Of a DNA stretch of 64,000 nt, positions 46,591-55,915 are shown in pieces; the stretch's first letter is position 1; the number at the start of each line of letters is the position of its first letter. This stretch comes from Maricaulis sp. (lineage in GTDB: Bacteria > Pseudomonadota > Alphaproteobacteria > Caulobacterales > Maricaulaceae). Where the stretch lies: positions 17,853 through 81,852 of the forward strand of contig CBFHQE010000001.1 of the NCBI GenBank assembly GCA_965657935.1, given 5' to 3'. The translations under genes and the position numbers were made by a program. A model generated the notes under the pieces. That model was not told where the DNA came from. It searched no databases and saw only the letters and a list, made by a program, of their open reading frames with translations.

Positions 46591-46676
46591 GAAACTGATC
46601 CCCTCTTGTTGAATGGCCTTATTGAGACCAACTAGTAGTGCGAAATGTTCACTGTGCAAACCAAAGACCGATTGAA

Positions 46677-47573
46677 ATGACCGCAAACACCCTTCGTACC
46701 TTCTTCCTGCTCGCCGGCATGACCGCCTTGTTCATGGGCATTGGCTACATGCTGGGCGGAGCGGCCGGCGCCCTGCTGGCACTTGTTGTTGCCGCAGGAA
46801 TGAACCTGTTTGCCTGGTGGAACTCCGCCGACATGGTTCTGCGCATGCACGGTGCCCAGGAGATCCGCCCGGGTGACAGCAATCCGCACTTTCGCCGATA
46901 TGCTGAAGACGTTCAGCGCCTGGCCCAGAAAGCCAATCTTCCGGCACCGCGCGTTTATGTCATCAATGAAGACCAACCCAACGCCTTCGCAACCGGACGC
47001 GACCCGGCACATGCGGCAGTCGCCGCCACGACCGGCCTGCTGGCCCGCCTCAATCGAGAAGAAGTCCAGGGTGTGATGGCGCATGAACTGGCCCATGTTA
47101 AAAACCGCGACACGCTGACGATGACCGTCACGGCTACCCTGGCCGGCGCGATCGGGATGCTGGCGAATTTTGCCATCTTCTTTGGGGGCAATAACCGCGC
47201 GGGTCTGCTGGGATCGCTGGCGCTCATGATTTTCGCGCCAATGGCCGCCATGCTCGTCCAGTCCGCGATCAGCCGGGCCCGGGAATACGAAGCTGATCGA
47301 ATAGGCGCTGACATCCACGGCAATCCTCTGGCCCTGGCTTCTGCGCTGGAGAAAATCGAGCGCAGTGCCCGTCGAACGGTCAACCCGGCGGCCGAACGCA
47401 ATCCAGCGACGGCTCACATGTTCATCATCAATCCGCTCAATGGCCAGCGCATGGACAATCTGTTCTCGACCCACCCCGATACGGCAAACCGGATCCACAA
47501 GCTTCGCCAGATGAGCGGCGCAGCGGCTACATCTGCGTCCGGACCCTGGGGTCAGCGCGGCCCTTGGGGTTAG
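46677..47573 (+). CDS. htpX: zinc metalloprotease HtpX homolog
   Basis: [10 protein letters not shown] (HExxH), TM helices, and the conserved ...EYEADRIGA... region. Confidence 0.92.
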   Translation: MTANTLRTFFLLAGMTALFMGIGYMLGGAAGALLALVVAAGMNLFAWWNSADMVLRMHGAQEIRPGDSNPHFRRYAEDVQRLAQKANLPAPRVYVINEDQPNAFATGRDPAHAAVAATTGLLARLNREEVQGVMAHELAHVKNRDTLTMTVTATLAGAIGMLANFAIFFGGNNRAGLLGSLALMIFAPMAAMLVQSAISRAREYEADRIGADIHGNPLALASALEKIERSARRTVNPAAERNPATAHMFIINPLNGQRMDNLFSTHPDTANRIHKLRQMSGAAATSASGPWGQRGPWG

Positions 47574-47605
47574 ACCGCGGGCGGCGGGCGTGTTAGCCCG
47601 TCACG

Positions 47606-48904
47606 ATGAACGACGGAACAGCCCCCCGCCAATACGCTGCCGAAGCCTATATGCGTGTCTTCAGCCAGAATCGGACATTGGAAAGCGCGCTCGAGACCCT
47701 GCCCGGATACAAGGATATGGATCCACGTGACCGGGCGTTCTCACGCTATATCCTGGCGACAAGTTTCAGGCGTCTGGGCCAGACACGCACTGTTCTGGCC
47801 TCCTTCCTGAACAAGCCACTGGAAGAGACTGCCCCGTTGGCCCGCGCCCTGCTGGTCACTGGAGCCACTCAGATCCTGTGGATGGATATTCCGCCGCACG
47901 CTGTGGTGTCGTCTGCGGTGAAACTGGCCGAGCAAAAGCCCGACACGCGCAGGCTGAAAGGCATGATCAACGCGGTGTTGCGCAATATCGACCGGGAAGG
48001 GCACCAAAAAGCCAAGCTGCTTCCACCCCAGGACAATCTGCCGGACTGGCTGCGCTCCAGCTGGCGCAAGAATTTTGGCCCGGCCGCCATGAACCGCATG
48101 GTCATGGCCGGCCTGGAATCGCCACCGCTGGACCTGACCGTCAAGGACCCGGAGACCCGCGAGCACTGGGCCGAAAAACTCGGCGCGAAGGTTCTGCCGA
48201 CGGGCACACTCCGCCTCGACAAGATCGGTGATGTCACCAGTTTGTCAGGATATAATGAAGGTGCCTGGTGGGCCCAGGACGCTGCCGCGGCCATCCCGGC
48301 AACGCTCTTGCAGCTAGCGCCGGGCTCCAGCGTTATCGACATGTGCGCCGCGCCGGGCGGGAAAACCCTGCAGCTGGCGGCCGCGGGCTATGATGTCCAG
48401 GCCGTCGACAGCTCGGAACCGCGCCTGAAACGTGTGCGCCAAAACCTGCAGCGGATCGGCCTCAATGCCGAGATCCATGCCGGTGACGGTCGAAAGTGGA
48501 AACCCGCATCACAGGTTGATGGCGTGCTGCTGGACGCGCCCTGTTCCGCGACCGGCACCTATCGGCGCCATCCGGAAAGCAACTGGATCAAGGCGCAGGA
48601 AGATCCACGCAAATACGGCAAGATCCAGCGAGAACTGGCCCGGGCTGTCGCCAAGATGATCAAGCCAGGTGGCCAGCTGGTGGTTTGCACATGTTCACTG
48701 CAGGTCGAGGAGGGTGAATTACTCGCCAACGACATCCAGAAACACATCAAGACGCTGGAACGTGATCCGGTCAAACCGGAAGAATTGCCGGGGCTTGAAA
48801 ACGCGCTGACAAAGCGCGGCGAGGTGCGACTGACACCGGCGCTTTGGATGGATGCGGGCTCCATGGATGGCTTCTTCATTGCACGCTTCAGAAAATCAGG
48901 GTGA
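47606..48904 (+). CDS. rsmB: 16S rRNA (cytosine-C5)-methyltransferase RsmB/Sun family
   Basis: NusB-like N-domain. SAM site DMCAAPGGKT, plus LLDAPCSATG and the catalytic TCS. Confidence 0.85.
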   Translation: MNDGTAPRQYAAEAYMRVFSQNRTLESALETLPGYKDMDPRDRAFSRYILATSFRRLGQTRTVLASFLNKPLEETAPLARALLVTGATQILWMDIPPHAVVSSAVKLAEQKPDTRRLKGMINAVLRNIDREGHQKAKLLPPQDNLPDWLRSSWRKNFGPAAMNRMVMAGLESPPLDLTVKDPETREHWAEKLGAKVLPTGTLRLDKIGDVTSLSGYNEGAWWAQDAAAAIPATLLQLAPGSSVIDMCAAPGGKTLQLAAAGYDVQAVDSSEPRLKRVRQNLQRIGLNAEIHAGDGRKWKPASQVDGVLLDAPCSATGTYRRHPESNWIKAQEDPRKYGKIQRELARAVAKMIKPGGQLVVCTCSLQVEEGELLANDIQKHIKTLERDPVKPEELPGLENALTKRGEVRLTPALWMDAGSMDGFFIARFRKSG

Positions 48905-48973
48905 AATCACGCATCTCACCTTCTGCGGTGACGATAGCTTGCACCCCTGAAACGCCGCTGTTATCGGGTCATC

Positions 48974-49633
48974 ATGCCTCAAGACACCATTATCTCGCCC
49001 TCCATCCTCTCCGCTGACTTTGCCAAGCTTGGTGAAGAGGTTCACGCCATTGACCAGGCTGGCGCGGACTGGATCCATATCGACGTCATGGACGGACATT
49101 TCGTGCCCAATCTGACGATTGGTCCGGCTGTGGTTAGGGCGCTTCGCCCGCACTCCGACAAACCTTTCGATGTGCATTTGATGATCTCTCCAGTGGACGT
49201 CTATCTGGAAGCCTTTGCCGATGCAGGCGCCGATATCATCACGGCCCATCCGGAAGCCGGTCCGCATTTCCACCGCACCGTCCAGACGATCAAGTCACTA
49301 GGCAAAAAAGCCGGCGCAGCGCTCAATCCGTCTACACCCGTTGAGGTGATCGACTACGTGCTCGAGGAGCTGGATCTGGTGCTGATCATGAGCGTCAATC
49401 CGGGTTTTGGTGGGCAGAGCTTCATCACCAGCCAGCTGGAGAAAATCGAGGCTCTGCGCGCCCGCATCGAGCGACGCGGGCTTTCGACCATGATCGAAGT
49501 TGATGGCGGTGTGAATCCTCTAACCGCCAGACAATGTTGTGATGCCGGTGCGAGCGCGCTGGTTGCGGGCTCCGCGGTCTTCCGCGACGGGCCAGCCGGC
49601 TACGAGGCCAATATTCAGGCACTGCGGGGCTGA
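48974..49633 (+). CDS. rpe: ribulose-phosphate 3-epimerase
   Basis: [15 protein letters not shown]...[18 protein letters not shown]...[12 protein letters not shown]. Confidence 0.95.
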   Translation: MPQDTIISPSILSADFAKLGEEVHAIDQAGADWIHIDVMDGHFVPNLTIGPAVVRALRPHSDKPFDVHLMISPVDVYLEAFADAGADIITAHPEAGPHFHRTVQTIKSLGKKAGAALNPSTPVEVIDYVLEELDLVLIMSVNPGFGGQSFITSQLEKIEALRARIERRGLSTMIEVDGGVNPLTARQCCDAGASALVAGSAVFRDGPAGYEANIQALRG

Positions 49634-49636
49634 CGC

Positions 49637-51403
49637 ATGGCCCACTCCGTCGGTCTCTTGGAGTTTGCGCAGGCAGGCTGGACAAGCCTGCGTCGCGAAG
49701 CTTCCTCGACCGTTCATGCCATGGGCCTCGCACCGCTCATGCAGGCGGGCGGGGGCAATTCTGAAGCGCTGGCCTATGCGCTCGATGACCCCTACGCTCC
49801 CGACGGCGAACTCGGCGATTCCATTTGTGATGGCCGCTTCGCGCTGGCCGGAGACCCGTTAATCGCTCGCGACGGGCGCGAAATCTGGGACATGCTGACA
49901 CCCAGCAGAGCTTTCGCCGAACAACTCCATGGCCACGTTTGGCTACGCGACGTTATTGCTGCGCCGACCCATGATGGCGCGACGGAAGCACGCCGCCTCA
50001 TTGATAGCTGGATCGCCAAGCACGGACGCTGGAACAGCTTTGTATGGTCGCCCAATGTCATGTCCCGGCGGCTGATGAACTGGCTCCGGGCCGGCGAGAC
50101 CCTGTTTGGAGAAGACGGCGACGATACACGGAACCCGCAGAAACGGCGCGCAATGCTGGCCCGCCAGGCGAAACATCTTCTGCGCACGCTGCCGATCGCC
50201 GAAGACGGGCGGGTCCGTCTGCGCGCGGCGCTCGCCGCGACAATTACAGGCCTGTGCCTGCCCGACCTGGCTGCACTCCAGCGGGCCGGAATGGCGGCAG
50301 TGGCGACAGAGGTCACCCGCCAGATCTTGCCCGATGGCGGGCATGTCTCCCGCGCGCCCCAGGCCACGGCAGAAGCGCTGATTGACCTGCAAGGCCTGGT
50401 TGATATAGCCGAGATGTCCGGCATCGCTGTGCCGACCGAGATTTCCAGAGGCATTGCTCGTCTGCGTCCCATGGTGCGCTTTTTCCAGATGGCGGATGGC
50501 GGCCTCGCCGGCTTCCATGGCGGAGGTGAATTCGACACCGCCGCAGTCGCCCACGCCCTCACCCGCAGCGACGAGCCAATCAAGCCGTTCGGTTTCGCGC
50601 CTCATTCCGGTTATCACCGAACCGAAGCAGAAGGCGCGACCGTGCTGTTCGATGTCGGGGACGCCCCCCGTGGCGAGCTGAGTACGGAAGCCCACGCCAG
50701 TGCCCTGGCCATCGAATTCTGCACGCCCGGTGGCCGCCTGGTTGTCAATTGCGGCTGGCATGATGCCCAGACGTCAGACTGGCGCGAAGCCGTCCGCGCC
50801 ACGGCCGCTCACTCCACGCTCGTTCTTGGTGAGGTGTCTTCCTCCAGAATACTGGCCGGCGGCTGGCAACGTGACATGATGGGGGCCCGTCTTGTCGCTC
50901 CCAAAGGCCAGGTTTCCGCGCGGCGCAATGAAGGCGATATGGGCATTTGGCTGGAAGGGAGCCAGGAGGGCTATCGCAACCGCTTCGGCCTGTCCCACCG
51001 GCGCAGGATTTTCCTCGCGGCCGATGGCGGCGACCTACGCGGTGAAGACGCCCTGTTCCGGCCGGTTACAGATGGTCCACCGGACGATATCGAAATCCGG
51101 TTCCCTTTTGCTGTGCGTTTTCACCTGCACCCCAGCGTCCGGGCCTCGCTGTCTCGAGACAATATGAGCGCCCTTCTGGTGCAACCCAATGGCGATGGTT
51201 GGCGCTTCCGTACTGATGGCGGACCGATCGCGCTGGAGCGATCTGTATATCTGGCAGCAGGTGCCCCTCCCCAAAGAGCCTCACAAATAGTAATACATGG
51301 GGAGGCTGAGCCGTTCGGAGCGGGAGACCGCCCACCCAACAGGGTGCGGTGGGCATTCCAGCGACTGGGAAGAATCGGCGGTGCCGTAGGGGGAATTGAG
51401 TGA
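49637..51403 (+). CDS. heparinase II/III-like family protein
   Basis: 588 aa. The assignment comes from overall resemblance and the rsmB-rpe...purH context that I recall for this family in alphaproteobacteria. No catalytic motif was verified. Confidence 0.55.
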   Translation: MAHSVGLLEFAQAGWTSLRREASSTVHAMGLAPLMQAGGGNSEALAYALDDPYAPDGELGDSICDGRFALAGDPLIARDGREIWDMLTPSRAFAEQLHGHVWLRDVIAAPTHDGATEARRLIDSWIAKHGRWNSFVWSPNVMSRRLMNWLRAGETLFGEDGDDTRNPQKRRAMLARQAKHLLRTLPIAEDGRVRLRAALAATITGLCLPDLAALQRAGMAAVATEVTRQILPDGGHVSRAPQATAEALIDLQGLVDIAEMSGIAVPTEISRGIARLRPMVRFFQMADGGLAGFHGGGEFDTAAVAHALTRSDEPIKPFGFAPHSGYHRTEAEGATVLFDVGDAPRGELSTEAHASALAIEFCTPGGRLVVNCGWHDAQTSDWREAVRATAAHSTLVLGEVSSSRILAGGWQRDMMGARLVAPKGQVSARRNEGDMGIWLEGSQEGYRNRFGLSHRRRIFLAADGGDLRGEDALFRPVTDGPPDDIEIRFPFAVRFHLHPSVRASLSRDNMSALLVQPNGDGWRFRTDGGPIALERSVYLAAGAPPQRASQIVIHGEAEPFGAGDRPPNRVRWAFQRLGRIGGAVGGIE

Positions 51404-53322
51404 GTATGCCGCGTCCACACAAGCCGCGCCCGGCAGGCAGATCATTCTGGAGCACAGTGCTGGCTGTCTCCATCTATGACCTGTTGGCTGCAGCTGTGTC
51501 GATGTGGCTGGCGGTAACGATCCGATATTACTTTCACGAAAATTCTCCGGACCCGGATGTGGTCCTGCGGTCGGTCGCTGTCTTTACAATGGCCTGCGCG
51601 ATTGTTTTCCCGCTGCAGGCTCTGCACAGGGGCGTTTGGCGCTACACGGCACTGAACGACGCTGCGCGTATCGTCCGCGCCGTCGGTATTGCCAATCTGG
51701 TTTTCCTGCCCGTGCTCTTCCTGCTCAATCGCCTCGACGGATTTCCGCGCACCAGCATCCTGATCGAAATTCCGATCCTCATCGGTCTTCTTCTTAGCGC
51801 CCGCGTCGCCGTCGCGGCCTGGCGAACTGGTGGGCTGCCCGCGGCTTTCCGCTTCGAGGACCGCATGAAACCCGCCGCAATCTTTATCGGCAATGAAACG
51901 GATCTCGATAACGCCCTGCGTGATCTTGCCCGCCGCAACGGATCTGCGCCCTTCCGGGCCAAGGGCCTTGTTGTGCTGGATGCTCCGCTCGCCGGGCGCG
52001 CTATTCGTGGTGTCCAGATTATCGGCGATCTGGAGGATATTCCTGCGGCGGTGAACCGTCTTTCTGCCGTCGAGAAACTACCACCTCGCCTTGTGCTCGC
52101 GGGCGAGAAAATCGACGTCGACACGGTCAACGCCCTGATCCGGATTGCCTCAGCGACAGGCGCGAAACTCTCCCGCGCTCGACCCGGCACGGGACCCGGT
52201 GCTTTCTCTCCGGTGGAAACCGCAGACCTGCTCAATCGGCCTCCGCGCACTCCGGATCTGGAGCCAGCGCGTGAAATGATTGAGGGCAAGCGGGTCCTGG
52301 TGACCGGGGCAGGCGGTACCATCGGGTCACAGCTCGTTCGCCTCGCCGCCCAGCTGGCACCTGAAAAACTCATCCTGCTCGATGCCTCGGAAACCAATCT
52401 CTATGAAATCGACATGGAGATGAAACGACGAGATACCGGTGTAAACTGGCGCGCCGTGCTGGCTGACGTGCGCGACCCTGACCGGCTGGACAAAGTGTTC
52501 AACGAGGAAAAGCCCAGCGTAGTCCTTCACGCCGCGGCACTGAAACACGTGCCCATGAGCGAACTCAACCCCGGAGAGGCCGTACGCACCAATGTGTTGG
52601 GCACCTCTTTGACAATTGATGCTGCTCGCAAACACGGTGCGGACGTGCTGGCCCTGATTTCCACCGACAAGGCCGTGGAACCCTCGAATGTCATGGGCAC
52701 GACCAAGCGCGCCGCTGAACTCCTCGTTCAGGCGGAGGCCGAGCGGGAAAGCCGGATGCGCATCTGTGTGGTGCGCTTTGGAAATGTGCTTGGTTCCAGC
52801 GGTTCGGTTGTCCCGCTGTTCGAACACCAGATCGAAACCGGCCAGTCCGTTACAGTGACCGACCCGGAAGCCACGCGCTATTTCATGACGGTGAACGAAG
52901 CCTCCGGGCTGGTTCTGTCTGCAGCCTCGCTGACAGCGGCCAATCCGGAACGCAACGGTGCACTCTATGTATTCGACATGGGTGAGCCAGTTTCGATCCT
53001 GCGCCTCGCGCGCCAATTATTGCGCCTGCGTGGTCTGGACCCGGATGCACCAGGCGCCATCAATGTCATCGGACTGCGCTCCGGTGAAAAACGGCATGAG
53101 AGCCTGATTTACGATTTCGAGGAGGCCAGTTCGACCGAGATCGGCAGCATTCGATGTGTCAATGGCGCCCGAATCCCAACGGCGAGCGCTGAAGGCATTC
53201 TCGAAGATTTGCTGCAAAGCGCTCGCGTTAACGACCTGGAACAAATGCGGGCTTTGCTCGAGCAAATTGCCGCGCTTCGGCCCGCGATTGAAATCAACAA
53301 GGAAACGGTGCTTTCCCGCTAG
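51400..53322 (+). CDS. CapD/PglF/WbpM-like membrane-bound nucleotide-sugar 4,6-dehydratase
   Basis: N-terminal TM helices, then VLVTGAGGTIGSQL Rossmann, ...TDKAV.P.NVMGTTKR (YxxxK-equivalent MxxxK typical of this family), and VRFGNVLGSSGSV. GTG 51400 overlaps the upstream stop (GTGA). ATG 51406 is an alternative start. Confidence 0.85.
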   Translation: MSMPRPHKPRPAGRSFWSTVLAVSIYDLLAAAVSMWLAVTIRYYFHENSPDPDVVLRSVAVFTMACAIVFPLQALHRGVWRYTALNDAARIVRAVGIANLVFLPVLFLLNRLDGFPRTSILIEIPILIGLLLSARVAVAAWRTGGLPAAFRFEDRMKPAAIFIGNETDLDNALRDLARRNGSAPFRAKGLVVLDAPLAGRAIRGVQIIGDLEDIPAAVNRLSAVEKLPPRLVLAGEKIDVDTVNALIRIASATGAKLSRARPGTGPGAFSPVETADLLNRPPRTPDLEPAREMIEGKRVLVTGAGGTIGSQLVRLAAQLAPEKLILLDASETNLYEIDMEMKRRDTGVNWRAVLADVRDPDRLDKVFNEEKPSVVLHAAALKHVPMSELNPGEAVRTNVLGTSLTIDAARKHGADVLALISTDKAVEPSNVMGTTKRAAELLVQAEAERESRMRICVVRFGNVLGSSGSVVPLFEHQIETGQSVTVTDPEATRYFMTVNEASGLVLSAASLTAANPERNGALYVFDMGEPVSILRLARQLLRLRGLDPDAPGAINVIGLRSGEKRHESLIYDFEEASSTEIGSIRCVNGARIPTASAEGILEDLLQSARVNDLEQMRALLEQIAALRPAIEINKETVLSR

Positions 53323-53376
53323 AGGAAGGCATGCTAACCCGCAGCCAAATTCTGACAGACCCAAGGAGCCGGTTTC

Positions 53377-54972
53377 ATGACCGCTATGGACCTCGTACCC
53401 GTTCGTCGAGCTCTGATTTCTGTTTCCGACAAGGATGGCCTGATTGAGCGCGGCCAGCGCCTCGCAGCAGCCGGTGTCGAAATCCTCTCGACCGGCGGCA
53501 CATTACGCGCGCTCAACGAAGCTGGCATCGAGGCCAAAGATGTCTCGGAAGTGACCGAATTCCCGGAAATGATGGATGGCCGCCTCAAGACTCTGCACCC
53601 GCGTGTCCATGGCGGGCTGCTCGGTCGTCGCGACAATGGCGAAGACCGCCATTCCATGGGCGAACATGGTATTCCCCAAATCGACCTTTTGTATGTAAAC
53701 CTCTACCCGTTTGAGGCCACCGTTGCGCGTGGTGCCAGCTCCGAGGATTGTGTCGAGAACATCGATATCGGTGGCCCGGCCATGATCCGCGCAGCGGCCA
53801 AAAACCATGCCTGGGTCTCCGTTTGCGTCGATGGCCAGGACGTTGACCGGGTGCTTGAGCAAATGGACGCCAATGAAGGGTCGGTGACCCAGGACCTGCG
53901 CACACAGCTCGCAGCCAAGGCCTATGCGCGCACGGCAGCTTATGATGCCGCGATTTCCGGATGGTTCGCGGATCAGCTTGGCGATGGCGCCCCTGATTTC
54001 CGGGCCTTTGGTGGCGCGCTGACCCAATCCCTGCGTTACGGGGAGAATCCTCACCAGCGCGCCGCCTTCTATACCACCCCGGAGACCCGACATGGCATCG
54101 CCACCGGTCGGCAGGTCCAGGGCAAGACGCTGAGTTACAACAATCTCGCCGATGCTGATGCGGCTTTCGAACTTGCCAGTGAGTTTGATCCCGCCGAGAA
54201 GGCCGCTGTTGTTATCGTGAAGCACGCCAACCCGTGTGGCGTAGCCGTCAACGACACGCTGGTGGGGGCCTACGAAAGTGCATTTGCGGCGGACCCTATT
54301 TCTGCCTTTGGCGGCATCGTCGCCATGAATCGCGAGCTGGACGCGTCGACCGCCTCCGCTCTGGTCAAGATATTTACCGAGGTGATCATCGCCCCGGACG
54401 CAGACGAAGACGCCCTGGCGGTGCTCTCATCCAAGACCAATCTTCGGGTCCTGCTGACCGGCGGTATGGCCAATACAAGCCAATCCGGCTGGCTGACCAA
54501 GACGGTCGCCGGTGGGCTGCTGGTTCAGGAGCGTGATATCGGCATGATTACGCCCGCTGAACTGAAAGTTGTCACCCAACGCCCGCCAAGCGAAGCGGAA
54601 CTCGCAGACCTTATGTTTGCCTGGAAAGTCGTCAAACACGTCAAGTCCAACGCCATTGTCTACACCCAGAACTGTGTGACGGCGGGCATCGGCATGGGTC
54701 AGACAAGCCGCCTGGAAGCGGCCCGCCTGGCCGTTCGCAAGGCCGAGGCAACCGCTGCGGAAAATGGCTGGGACCAGTCCCGGACAATCGGTTCGGTCTG
54801 CGCATCGGACGCTTTTTTCCCGTTTGCTGACGGTCTCAACGCGGCCGTTGAAGCCGGTGCGACAGCGGTTATCCAGCCCGGTGGTTCAATCCGTGATGAG
54901 GAAGTCATCGCCGCAGCGGATGAAGCTGGCCTCGCCATGGTCTTTACCGGAATGCGTCACTTCCGGCACTAG
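53377..54972 (+). CDS. purH: bifunctional AICAR transformylase / IMP cyclohydrolase
   Basis: [11 protein letters not shown]...STGGT...[15 protein letters not shown]... and the C-terminal ...[10 protein letters not shown]...MRHFRH. Confidence 0.97.
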   Translation: MTAMDLVPVRRALISVSDKDGLIERGQRLAAAGVEILSTGGTLRALNEAGIEAKDVSEVTEFPEMMDGRLKTLHPRVHGGLLGRRDNGEDRHSMGEHGIPQIDLLYVNLYPFEATVARGASSEDCVENIDIGGPAMIRAAAKNHAWVSVCVDGQDVDRVLEQMDANEGSVTQDLRTQLAAKAYARTAAYDAAISGWFADQLGDGAPDFRAFGGALTQSLRYGENPHQRAAFYTTPETRHGIATGRQVQGKTLSYNNLADADAAFELASEFDPAEKAAVVIVKHANPCGVAVNDTLVGAYESAFAADPISAFGGIVAMNRELDASTASALVKIFTEVIIAPDADEDALAVLSSKTNLRVLLTGGMANTSQSGWLTKTVAGGLLVQERDIGMITPAELKVVTQRPPSEAELADLMFAWKVVKHVKSNAIVYTQNCVTAGIGMGQTSRLEAARLAVRKAEATAAENGWDQSRTIGSVCASDAFFPFADGLNAAVEAGATAVIQPGGSIRDEEVIAAADEAGLAMVFTGMRHFRH

Positions 54973-55025
54973 GCAGGTAGCCGGACGCACGGCTGGCCTG
55001 TATGTGAATCAGGTAAACATTGACC

Positions 55026-55055
55026 TTCCGGGACACTGATCTCAGTGTCCCGGAA
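55026..55055. repeat. near-perfect 30-nt palindrome abutting the start codon of the next gene
   Basis: TTCCGGGACACTGA TC TCAGTGTCCCGGAA has 14-bp arms. Its last A is the A of ATG 55055. It lies 54 nt after the purH stop. Confidence 0.6.
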
Positions 55056-55915
55056 TGTTTATACGCAAGCTTTTACCCTATGGCCTTGCCGGCGCCGCTG
55101 CGCTGGTCGCCCTGCTATTGTGTGCCTATGCCGCCAATCTGAGCGGGATCGCCGTGCCGCGACGGGCGCTGGATGACCAGGTTGCTCTTATTGAGCCCTA
55201 TACAGAGATCCGACTGCCACAAGATTCAGGTGAGGCTGTGCCCGCTGTCATAATGCTGCATGGCTGTGGGGGTCGCCGACAGGTCCAGGACAATTACGCG
55301 AATGCGGTCGTGGCAGCCGGATATGGCGCCATAATCATCAATTCCAATGGAGCACGTGGCATCGGTCGGTTCGGCGGGATGAGCCAGGTCTGTCTGGCGT
55401 TGCGCCTGCTTGGGCAGGAACGTGCAGCGGACATCCATGCCGGCCTGCAGATCGCGGCAGATCACCCGGGGATTGACGGCGAACAAATCGCCCTGCTGGG
55501 CTGGTCTCATGGTGGCTGGACTATACTTGATGCGCTGACCTTCGCCGGTCGGGGCCAAACCCCAAGCGCGCTGCATGATGCACCCGCCGGGCTGCCGGGC
55601 GTTCAGCTGGCCCTGGCCATGTATCCCTATTGCGGTTTTCCTGCACTGGCTGATGGCCGCGACCTTCCCCAGAACATACCCCTGCACGCCATTCTGGCTG
55701 AAGACGATGTGATCGCCCCTGCGGGACGTTGCGAAAGACGCCTGGCACGGAGCGGCTCACATGTGAGCCATGAGATTTATTCGGGCCAGACACACGCGTT
55801 TGACGAACCCAACGCTCCGGCGCTTGATCCGCGCATTGTCTACAATGAAAACGCCGCTGCGCGGGCGCAGCGGCGTGTCATTGAATTGCTTGATGAACAG
55901 TTTGCGCACCCCTAG
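55055..55915 (+). CDS. dienelactone hydrolase family protein
   Basis: N-terminal TM/signal, VIMLHGCGG, nucleophile elbow GWSHGG, and the C-terminal ...GQTHAFDEP. Confidence 0.75.
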   Translation: MFIRKLLPYGLAGAAALVALLLCAYAANLSGIAVPRRALDDQVALIEPYTEIRLPQDSGEAVPAVIMLHGCGGRRQVQDNYANAVVAAGYGAIIINSNGARGIGRFGGMSQVCLALRLLGQERAADIHAGLQIAADHPGIDGEQIALLGWSHGGWTILDALTFAGRGQTPSALHDAPAGLPGVQLALAMYPYCGFPALADGRDLPQNIPLHAILAEDDVIAPAGRCERRLARSGSHVSHEIYSGQTHAFDEPNAPALDPRIVYNENAAARAQRRVIELLDEQFAHP

